Origin: a virus
Lineage: Duplodnaviria > Caudoviricetes
Virus record (IMG/VR): IMGVR_UViG_3300029288_000111
Coordinates: 37,093 to 101,092 of that record
Strand: one strand, 5' to 3'
DNA length: 64,000 nt
The notes under the pieces are model-generated. The model made no database searches. It saw only the letters and a list, made by a program, of their open reading frames with translations, and had not been told where the DNA came from. This document shows positions 55,901-61,960 of this stretch, piece by piece (within the stretch, counting starts at the first letter, position 1; every line of letters starts with the position of its first letter). Made by a program: the position numbers and the translations under genes.

Positions 55901-57733
55901 CCGCTCGCTCACCGAGCGCGCCATCTCCCGCACTCTCGAGAGGACGGCATCCTCATGCGCTTGCTCCGTCTGCGCCGCCCGCTTCTCCGAGCGCGCCTGC
56001 GCCCGCTTCTCCACCGTCGCGCGCTGCTTCGCCGTGAGCTGCGCGGCGTCATCGAGGTTCTCCCGCTTCAGCGCCCGCGCGGTCTCCGTCGCCCGCGCCT
56101 GCTCCAGCGCCTGGCTCTTGATCTTCGCCTTCTCGTCGTCGCTCAGGGAGAACTGCTCCGGCTTCCACCCCGCATCCCGCGCGAGCTGCTCCAGGACCTT
56201 CTGCTGCTGCTCCTTCTTCAGGCTCTGCACGTGCGCGATCCGCTCCTGCTTCGCCTGCTCTACCTGCCGGGCCTCGCCCGCCGCCCGCTTCGTCGCTTCG
56301 AGGGAGGCCTCCTCGCCCTTCAGCCCCTCCGTCTTCGCCGCTTCGAGGTGCCGCTCATACCGCTCCTGGTGCTCCTTGTCCTGCGCCTCCCGCCGCTGCT
56401 GGGCCTTCGCCTTCGCTCGCCGCTTCGCCTCCTCGCGGTGTTCCGCCATGGTCCGCACCCCGGTCAGCCGCAGGCCGTTCAGCGCCCCGCCGGCGCCCCC
56501 GATCACCGTGTGCGTGCCGTCGGGGTTTTCCTTGATCAGGACCGGATGCCCCTCCTCGTCATCCCCGTTCGGGTGCACCGTGATCCAGTGTTCCCCGGTG
56601 CCCAGCTTCGAGGGCGCCGCCTTCTTCTCCGGCTGCTGCTCGTCGGCGCCGACCGCCTTGCGGATGTCGGGGTCGCTCGGATCGAAGGTACCTCGGTTGC
56701 CGATGGCCGACTTGATCTGCTCGGGATAGAATACGGCGTAAGTAGTCGCTCCCTGCTCGCGCGCTTCAATGCCATCATACCCGAGTGACTTCAGTTCTAT
56801 AGCAACCCCCGGAAGCCGGAGAATCTCATAGATCGGCATCCTGGTGGATAACGTGTCACGAGCAACACCCACAAACGCAGAGCGACGAGATCGTGCACTT
56901 ACAGCGTACTCATGTGCTCGTATCGCGTCCACCTGCTCCTGCGTTGGAACATGCTCATCCTCTAGCCAACCCAGATTCCAGTCATAAGGACGCCCCTCCA
57001 AGTCCGTGTACCGCATACCGGTCGGAGCGTCTGGCACATATCGAACGCCAACAGCCAATAATGCCCCAACGAGGCGATCCAGTTCCGCTTTTGTGGGGAT
57101 GCGGATGTCACGGTCAAGGACGAAACCCCCCGCCACTGCATTGGCGAGACGCAGACGTGGCACGCTCGTCAGCTCGGCCACCTCTGCAACAGACGCCTCT
57201 TCTTCGATATTCCGCCCGATTCGCAGTGGGCGCTCCACTCGCAGATAGACAGGATACACTCCATGAGCACCACCCTCGCGCCCCACCGCTTCGGAGTATG
57301 TGTCCGCATATCTTGGCGCGTCGGTGAACCATGAGGGACCAAACTGTGTGCGGAACTGAGAGAAGCCAGATCCGGGAGTGCCGTGGTAGACCACCAGCGG
57401 CTTCCCATGCTCGTCCACCACCTTGCTGTCGCCGAACCACCGCTTGAACTCGGGCGTCTCCGTCTGCTCCGGCTTCCTCCCCTTGATCCGCACCCCGAAC
57501 GTCACTTTGCCGCTGGCATGATGGATCGGCACCTTCTCCCGGCGCTGATACGGCTGCTGCGCCTTCAGCAGCGGCTCCACGGGCTGCCCGTGATACCGGA
57601 TCGTATGGCAGAGCGGGCACCACGACGCGCTTCTCCCGCGCCGGCTCCGGTCCTCCCGCACCCACACCCGCAGGCTCGTCTCATCCGAGCACTCGCACTT
57701 CGGGCGCCTGCCTTTGAAGATCGCTCGCAGCAT
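50000..57733 (-). CDS. large polyvalent protein: ART-PolyVal-like domain, helical region, SF2/SNF2-like helicase, with intein
   Basis: FKRWFGDSKVVD..VVYHGT..GYDG..QIKSA.GN.GTF; helicase VGTGKT, DEGH, SADP, GLNLQ, QRTGRVLRMGQ. Confidence 0.88.
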   Translation of the reverse strand: MLRAIFKGRRPKCECSDETSLRVWVREDRSRRGRSASWCPLCHTIRYHGQPVEPLLKAQQPYQRREKVPIHHASGKVTFGVRIKGRKPEQTETPEFKRWFGDSKVVDEHGKPLVVYHGTPGSGFSQFRTQFGPSWFTDAPRYADTYSEAVGREGGAHGVYPVYLRVERPLRIGRNIEEEASVAEVAELTSVPRLRLANAVAGGFVLDRDIRIPTKAELDRLVGALLAVGVRYVPDAPTGMRYTDLEGRPYDWNLGWLEDEHVPTQEQVDAIRAHEYAVSARSRRSAFVGVARDTLSTRMPIYEILRLPGVAIELKSLGYDGIEAREQGATTYAVFYPEQIKSAIGNRGTFDPSDPDIRKAVGADEQQPEKKAAPSKLGTGEHWITVHPNGDDEEGHPVLIKENPDGTHTVIGGAGGALNGLRLTGVRTMAEHREEAKRRAKAKAQQRREAQDKEHQERYERHLEAAKTEGLKGEEASLEATKRAAGEARQVEQAKQERIAHVQSLKKEQQQKVLEQLARDAGWKPEQFSLSDDEKAKIKSQALEQARATETARALKRENLDDAAQLTAKQRATVEKRAQARSEKRAAQTEQAHEDAVLSRVREMARSVSERILNAHEELAGRELGDVGLGDLVHSTMGDTGKGYLAALDEKARERGVTPELLAGEKEEIQRRRAAEKGEEPEAALASLAAMREAAAQSRADRKALAEAAGIREKAEGLPTDAANMDIGQAISLAQAAKKLEALERESRTLEKEMESIEDVGSLPTVAVLRVSPLTDEEALRKVAQDLHEEGRQRAMRGLVETVHSLEATAPIREHRLAGHNALFGEVAQVALGGAGVDPLTADILGEWATANVMARAMAQQLDPVRLEATTRALRETHIAGQVKAAEEAVEAAHERMNAAENTDLIPLSDEISLIAALHQNSEREELVRDARRLAGTALGRLEAAAALNEALMGSPRDRLQISLGATSYEDAIVKARAVGLDEPSVMAPDPFSPTGYREAQEGDYVLHTNGANKFLEITARGMDKLAARLHVDPREAALRRQVLDIQRGTQDEPGWLPEGISRRPAPPSFEYDPERVKPEEIRLAVDAFDGKEELAARLKENVARRLEVGYSPEQIVSALWSPQVRAEAGVQPHQNAEFEDALSEVAPLHTDSARGTEGGKAAKEYMRETARRFRGYHADWLKESGGGPLGAQSIPRSQEARDLAYQIVTREPALQYAFGDVGDLGREGRQAVRDWARRNVFRVGEAGQEPLGLTGENAGAKRAIWEQWESRLGKGREAYAAIQKQWRESDEKATPADSGGMFGMDLGEEKPAGHSFATMDLSDDAAVLRAAREHAGELGYQPVAREAVSFEAARLRRQAAGAQGEEAARLGAEAARLEEMAREPGSTLTPELYPTETRGVDALAREARARIEERLRGWAYQNLFGDVLAKHGDVSGEFDPGKVVTADSERATGLTWTDYLSGFTMGPEGERRAYQSILEKMRGEVSGKFAAALERATGTRLRRGVKRLTYAEEHAQRVQSAEQRAKERARQQSLADPARERKQGRYAEGSLGAGVAEIAAAQESKQLKLGGEEGRSQELQQEMVRTTLGDAAEAELAGMMPRLDIERPAPAADADFTTGDAVKRQRFLRQFDAAHRIGNSMAVGTGKTLASIAAYTDQRAKGKVKRAIYAVPSGVVGQFSGEAIRFVDPEAGITWHSKPGASREERQAAYANPDLGMVVVTHQALRDDLIDALAEHRFGGNRQKAIGYLETAPRRQRQRAMKEALAAKGWDFGMSVVDEGHNLLRRGSAEGSQMANAIDALTDGTSHHISMSADPIRNDGCIHPDTIIEDPVRRIAMPVREWTARGMAPWVWTLDPAGVRRLMQASVPFVKCIAPMYRVVLDNGAEITVAGNHRFLTPEGWRHLREIAPGALLACAPTSQHASGASLPRQRDSEQLLQREPALLERGACPSSRQRVSPSFQETLVCPSSRRSSSRASLLSGAHLSCDHVSGRSSSWRESPQTTARQGVHQGSARGSMDRPSGSRAHCWTCSHPCDGPLPMGEGGGLTSPQRRAGVLEHNHRCRILGAPGGGRRHSHQIHSDRPSMSDGQVRYVCRASSLACGSARCHVARRIVALLRPSLRRLLPSRVGSDLRQPLLESGNHADQGRSRGIRAGVCVQSAAVRNSRGRCVLGYSTRGRSGRPVSLRLPSAVSRHRSHASYVAWEHLSESAALVYHKVNIIDKVGEAEVYDLTVPVYHNYLAQGIWHHNSEAFDFLSKIRPDRYNDSNREEFLRRYATGTDAAYRALALEMAPYHYAESIDPGVKSEERDHRLEPSPAEREAYARVEQLYRRARAARQQGRVDVEAIRALSPSSFRGRPEEAHEEIARRVQMSLGMTTQAALDRVVNTHPEAAKLKKVVELAGSPEESRARPLVVFAHRLEAVDAIAGALKAAGHRVATYKGPDGARKRNQTKERFAPTGGVGEAEYDVLVSSDAGAVGLNLQRGSRVIQYDTPYTALTQKQRTGRVLRMGQKHDVEVHTLATDTPYEHRRREILAGKQELREMLTRASELLDDTGLADRIARDEEALLQQHMRRAA
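51066..51095 (+). promoter_or_regulatory. sigma70-type promoter for the antisense HNH gene
   Basis: TTGTCA-N18-TATACT with extended -10 TG; RBS AAAGGT; ATG 51124. Confidence 0.7.
51124..52071 (+). CDS. HNH homing endonuclease (2x HTH, HNH, NUMOD3-like repeats), antisense inside the intein
   Basis: WKGGR..GY, EHRLVAE..LGR.L..EVVHHKDGNKSNN..NL; HSEETRAKMS/PETKAKLS repeats. Confidence 0.92.
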   Translation: MRHRMRDYDAEIRRMAAEGKQVSQIARALNIPARSVHGYCEQQQIEHIRQRGCPGSVLDPHDSQIRAMAAAGLTLREMGEAFGVTDGAVRRFCVQHGIEHCHKRGWRPGTHTGLDHHSWKGGRYVSGGYVYVLRPEHPESDSDGYVREHRLVAEGMLGRPLLPSEVVHHKDGNKSNNAPGNLRVYPSNREHFLDAHPGEPWSEEIRAKMMTGQKRGHKKGVPHSEETRAKMSAAKKGRPMSPETKAKLSAAKKGTHLSPEARVRVAEAARNRVVSEETRQKRAATWARKRAERLGQSPVGGANPPASGTDDSRQP

Positions 57734-57746
57734 GGTGGAGATTCCT

Positions 57747-57772
57747 GGAACGCTTTGCCCCCTCGCGCGTTA
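57747..57772 (+). promoter_or_regulatory. ECF-type promoter
   Basis: GGAAC gctttgccccctcgcg CGTTAGC. Confidence 0.8.
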
Positions 57773-57795
57773 GCAGTAGCAGGAGGGAAGTACGG

Positions 57796-58179
57796 ATGAA
57801 ACCTGTCAGCACGAATCAGATCGCCGAGGCGCTCCCCATCGTCGCGGAGATCGAGCGTGAACTGTTCGGATCCAACCTGGCCGATGCCATTGCCCGCGAG
57901 GTGAACATTCGCATCCGGGATACGGATTTGTCGCCCAGTGGCCGACAGACAATCGAGTTCGCCCTCGGATATGGGGAGGAATCCCTGATCCGAAAGGCGG
58001 TGCGGTACGTGTTGGAACAGTCGAAAGAGCGCCCCGACCCGGATCCGGCACCCGAGCCGGATCCGGCCCTCAACCCCTGGCGTTCGCTATCCGCCCCCAC
58101 CACCCGGAGAGAGCGCGCCGCGATGCTCCTCGCCGAACGCTTTGCGGACATCCGAGAGAAAGAGACCGAAGATGCCTGA
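57796..58179 (+). CDS. hypothetical protein
   Basis: AGGAGG RBS after promoter. Confidence 0.7.
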   Translation: MKPVSTNQIAEALPIVAEIERELFGSNLADAIAREVNIRIRDTDLSPSGRQTIEFALGYGEESLIRKAVRYVLEQSKERPDPDPAPEPDPALNPWRSLSAPTTRRERAAMLLAERFADIREKETEDA

Positions 58180-58633
58180 ACCGAACCTCACTGAGCGCCA
58201 GCAGCAGATCCTGGACGTGATCTCTGCCCACCTGCGCCGCCACGGCTTCGCCCCCACCGTCCGCGACGTGGGCGACAGCATCGGGCTCTCGTCAAGTGCT
58301 ACCATCCAGAAGCACCTCGACTCCCTGCGCCGGAAGGGCTTGCTCTCGTGGTCGCACCACCGCAACCGCGTGCTCGTGCCGGTCGAGTGGACGAACGCCG
58401 TTCACCTCAGCGCCGAGGATGCCACCCACCTGGCCGATCTGCTGGATCAGGCCCTGCGTTGCGTGCCGGTGGACTCTCTCCTCGGACTCCGACTCTGCCA
58501 CTGGCGCACCTACCTTGCCGACCCCGAAGCGCAGGAATACGAGATCACCCCCGCCGGCCTCAGCGCCCTGGCTACGGAAGAGGATGACCCGGAGAAGCTG
58601 CAGGAGCTGGACGCCCCGGAGAAAGGTGGTTAG
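58172..58633 (+). CDS. LexA-type winged-helix DNA-binding protein lacking the peptidase domain
   Basis: LTERQQQILD.I..GFAPTVRD..IGLSS.ATIQKHL..L..KG. Confidence 0.85.
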   Translation: MPEPNLTERQQQILDVISAHLRRHGFAPTVRDVGDSIGLSSSATIQKHLDSLRRKGLLSWSHHRNRVLVPVEWTNAVHLSAEDATHLADLLDQALRCVPVDSLLGLRLCHWRTYLADPEAQEYEITPAGLSALATEEDDPEKLQELDAPEKGG

Positions 58634-58634
58634 G

Positions 58635-59528
58635 ATGCCGGTCGAAATGGTTAAGATCGCGGACATCATCTACCCACGATTCCAACTGCCGCGCGTGGGC
58701 ATCTCCGAGGAGACGGTTGAGGAGTATGCCGAGGCGATGCGTGCCGGCGCGGAGTTCCCGCCGGTCACACTCTACTGCGACGGCGACCGCCTCTGGCTGA
58801 GTGACGGCCTGCACCGCAAGCTGGCCCGCACGATGGCCGGGCATGACGACATTGCCGCCGATGTTCGCGAAGGCACCCGTCTGGAATCGATCCTCCACGC
58901 CGTAGGCGCCAATGCCGAGCACGGCCTGCGCCGCACCAACGCCGACAAGCGGAAGTGCGTGGAGATCATGCTCCGTGATCCCGAGTGGCAGCAGTGGTCC
59001 GACCGCCGCATTGCCGAAGCATGCTGGGTGAGCCACACTTTTGTGGATGAAATGCGAAAGAAGGTTGGCAACGCTGCCACCTGCGACGAGGAGCACGATT
59101 GGAACCGCATCGGCCGCGATGGCAAGACCTACTCGGAGCGCCGGAAGGAGCAGCAGCGCACAGCGGAGGAGGAGGACGGCGAGTGGACCCTCGAACCGGA
59201 CCGTCAGCCCAGGGAGCGCACGCCGCGCGATCACACGCCGCCTCCGCCGCCCGTGTCTCCTGCCGAGCCCGCCGACGCGCCCACGCCCCAACCGGCTGCC
59301 GATGAGCAGCCCGGCGTGCCGAACCTCGATGAGCTGGTGGAACGCTACCTGCAGGAGAGGCTGCGGATAGATATTGACACCCCCGGGGTGAGGGAGCGCG
59401 TCAAGGTGCTCCTGCGAAAGGCGATGCTGGCCGCCACCGAGCTGCTGCGCGATGCGCTGACCGCTGTTACCGCCGAGCGCGACGCCGCACTACTTGAGAT
59501 CGCGCGCACGCAGGAGGTCGGGAAATGA
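58635..59528 (+). CDS. ParB N-terminal domain protein
   Basis: YAEAM..G..FPP, DGLHR, AN..HGL.RT..DK, SDRRIA. Confidence 0.85.
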   Translation: MPVEMVKIADIIYPRFQLPRVGISEETVEEYAEAMRAGAEFPPVTLYCDGDRLWLSDGLHRKLARTMAGHDDIAADVREGTRLESILHAVGANAEHGLRRTNADKRKCVEIMLRDPEWQQWSDRRIAEACWVSHTFVDEMRKKVGNAATCDEEHDWNRIGRDGKTYSERRKEQQRTAEEEDGEWTLEPDRQPRERTPRDHTPPPPPVSPAEPADAPTPQPAADEQPGVPNLDELVERYLQERLRIDIDTPGVRERVKVLLRKAMLAATELLRDALTAVTAERDAALLEIARTQEVGK

Positions 59529-59911
59529 GTGACAAGCACCAACCGGAAACCCTGAGAATGCGCCCGTTGACGCTGGAAGACCTGTGCAACCCGGATATGA
59601 TCCGCTGGCACGTTCGGTGCCCCAGCGGCATCATGGACCCTAGCGATCTCTCGACGATCATCGCCTCCCTGGGAACGCAACTCACCGAGCAAATCATTCA
59701 CGATTCACGGTCCGCTGCCGATGTCAGGAGAGACCTGGATGCCCTCGCCACCCGCATCGCCTCCCTGGAGGCCGCCGAGACCCTCGGCCGCCGCGTGCAG
59801 GAGGTGGAGGAGCGGATCAAGGCGCTGGAGAAACCGGAGCCGACGCCCGAGGCGGACCCCGGTGAGGCCCCGCAGGAGGAACCGAACCGGACAGCGCCGG
59901 CGGCAGAATGA
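59525..59911 (+). CDS. hypothetical coiled-coil protein
   Basis: AGGAGGT RBS; ATGA overlap. Confidence 0.65.
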   Translation: MSDKHQPETLRMRPLTLEDLCNPDMIRWHVRCPSGIMDPSDLSTIIASLGTQLTEQIIHDSRSAADVRRDLDALATRIASLEAAETLGRRVQEVEERIKALEKPEPTPEADPGEAPQEEPNRTAPAAE

Positions 59912-60037
59912 CCGCCACGGGGGCACCCGCCACGCAGGACCGTCGAAACGATGCCCGGACGAGTAGAGGGTGCCCCCCGCGCCGGAAAGGCCCCTCTACG
60001 ACGTTCGCCGGAGTCGAGATTCTGAGGAACCGGCTCC

Positions 60038-60289
60038 CTATCGCGACTCACCCTCCGGCGCCTCCTCATACCGGGCATCCGCGCGCATGGCCGCGAGCGT
60101 CTCCTCGCTGGTATCCACCACGACGCGTACACGCGCGTCGGGAACCTGGCCCTGCGCGAGCCACCAGCCGCCGCCGCCGGGGTAGAATATCTGCACCCCG
60201 CCTTCATCCCCCTGGAGCGGCGGCAGGTCCGGCCCCCCGCCCTGGGATGGATCGCCCCGCCACGGAACGTTGAACGTTGCCTGCGGCAT
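60038..60289 (-). CDS. small hypothetical protein
   Basis: Coupled to upstream gene (TAATG). Confidence 0.6.
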   Translation of the reverse strand: MPQATFNVPWRGDPSQGGGPDLPPLQGDEGGVQIFYPGGGGWWLAQGQVPDARVRVVVDTSEETLAAMRADARYEEAPEGESR

Positions 60290-61329
60290 TAGCCACCTCC
60301 GATGCGCTCACACTGGAATCGAGTGAAGGGCGCTCCCCCCATGCTCCAGATTCCGACGCGCGTATTAGCAAGCAGGCCGGCAGGACAGGTCTGCGCCGCC
60401 CCTATCGCCACGCCGTTGTAGAATCCCTGGCACTTGCTACCCCAGGTCCGCAGGTCGAAAGGCGCCCCGGCCACCGCGGCCACGTTGGCCGTCGCCAATG
60501 TGGAAGGCACCCCGGCCACCACCTGCCGGAAGGTCGCGGTGCTCACTCCATCGTGGTTCAGAACGAGGTAGGAGTTGCGGTCGGCGCTGGCGCGGGCCAC
60601 GACCCCACCAGGACGCCAACGCGACAGTGTCGCCCAGGCGCGCACGCGATGGTCCGACCGGTGAACGTCAGAGACGAGCGGCAGATCGGTGGCCGTGATC
60701 GCCTTGAGACTCACATCATCGAACAACAGCTTGCGCCCCGGGCAGTTGGCACTCCTCCCGAAGATGATCGTGCCGTGCGTTGCCAGCACTCCGGCGACAG
60801 ACTGGGCGTACGCAGCGGTGAAGGGCTCCCAGTGCAGGAAGTAGGCGGGGCTGGCAGATCCATCGTAAACCGAGAACTGCGGTCCTCCGAGGATGCTATC
60901 CGCCTTCGACCACAGCGTGAGCAGATAGTAGTTGTTCGCTGCCATCACGGCCTGGGAAACAGACCCGTTGGAGTTCACAGCGTCCACGTTGATGGCGCAG
61001 GAGTGCGCGCCCGCGTAAACGTCGACCACCTCGTCGCTGATCGTGGTAGCACCGGCGATGGTCTCTGACCAGTTCAGGAAGACGTCGGCGCCACCCCCAC
61101 CCGCGTCCTCGAATCCAGGACTCTGGATCAGGTTGGGGATGCCGAGCGCGGGGGAGTGCCCCGCCGTGTTCCCCGTGATCGTCCATCCCGCCGCGCCCTC
61201 CCAGGCAGACTTGAAGCGGCTCAGGTTGGGTGTGTGCGCGGTCAGGAGCGCGCCATCAGCGCCCGTGAACGTGTCGAGCAGCAGAAGCCGGCCCGAAACC
61301 GGCTTCGTGAGTACTGGTAGGATACCCAT
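60289..61329 (-). CDS. virion protein with carbohydrate-binding-like domain
   Basis: DTFTGADG..L.AHTP; NLIQSPGFE..FDDVSL; similar to the 10433-12526 C-terminus. Confidence 0.7.
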   Translation of the reverse strand: MGILPVLTKPVSGRLLLLDTFTGADGALLTAHTPNLSRFKSAWEGAAGWTITGNTAGHSPALGIPNLIQSPGFEDAGGGGADVFLNWSETIAGATTISDEVVDVYAGAHSCAINVDAVNSNGSVSQAVMAANNYYLLTLWSKADSILGGPQFSVYDGSASPAYFLHWEPFTAAYAQSVAGVLATHGTIIFGRSANCPGRKLLFDDVSLKAITATDLPLVSDVHRSDHRVRAWATLSRWRPGGVVARASADRNSYLVLNHDGVSTATFRQVVAGVPSTLATANVAAVAGAPFDLRTWGSKCQGFYNGVAIGAAQTCPAGLLANTRVGIWSMGGAPFTRFQCERIGGG

Positions 61330-61339
61330 CGCCGCCTCC

Positions 61340-61930
61340 TCACGCCAGGGCCAGGTAGGTCAAATCGTCAGTGGCGTTGTCACAGATTAGGTAAAACCTG
61401 TTGAGGTTGTCCGTCGGGATCCAAACGGTGTCATCACCCGGCAGCAGTTCGATGCCCGTGGTGGCATCCGTGGTGCCGTCCGGCTTCGTCACCCCGGCCG
61501 CGCCCAGGTAGACGTTCCCAGTGTTGCTGATGCACGCCTTGAACCGAACCAGGCGACAAGCGATGCTCGGGAGTTGCGTGGCCGCCGCGTTCCCCTGCAC
61601 CTCACCGCTCTTTATGGTGGTGAAGGGCGCCTCCTGCACGGGAACGGCATTGGATGTGCTCACATCCGTGTCGTTCACCTGAAGGTTGGCGTTGGCGCAC
61701 AGGTCATCGTGCGTGCCCTGCCACACCTTGAAGGCGTTCTTGGCGTCCGTCCAGACGTCGGCGAGGATCTTCACGATCCCGCGCAGGTACTGCTGGATCG
61801 TGCCGGCGGCATCCGTCGTCACCGCCGTGCCCGCGGTGATACCCAGCACCGCGTTCGCCGACTCCAACTCGGTGGCCGACCCCTCATCCTGCGTGAGGAG
61901 CTTCCCGTCACGGTAGTTATCCTGGCTCAT
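61340..61930 (-). CDS. virion structural protein
   Basis: NTGNVYLG..V..GIEL.PGD motif; GGAGG RBS. Confidence 0.7.
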   Translation of the reverse strand: MSQDNYRDGKLLTQDEGSATELESANAVLGITAGTAVTTDAAGTIQQYLRGIVKILADVWTDAKNAFKVWQGTHDDLCANANLQVNDTDVSTSNAVPVQEAPFTTIKSGEVQGNAAATQLPSIACRLVRFKACISNTGNVYLGAAGVTKPDGTTDATTGIELLPGDDTVWIPTDNLNRFYLICDNATDDLTYLALA

Positions 61931-61960
61931 TCGCTTCCTCCCTGTCCGCCCGGCGCCGAC

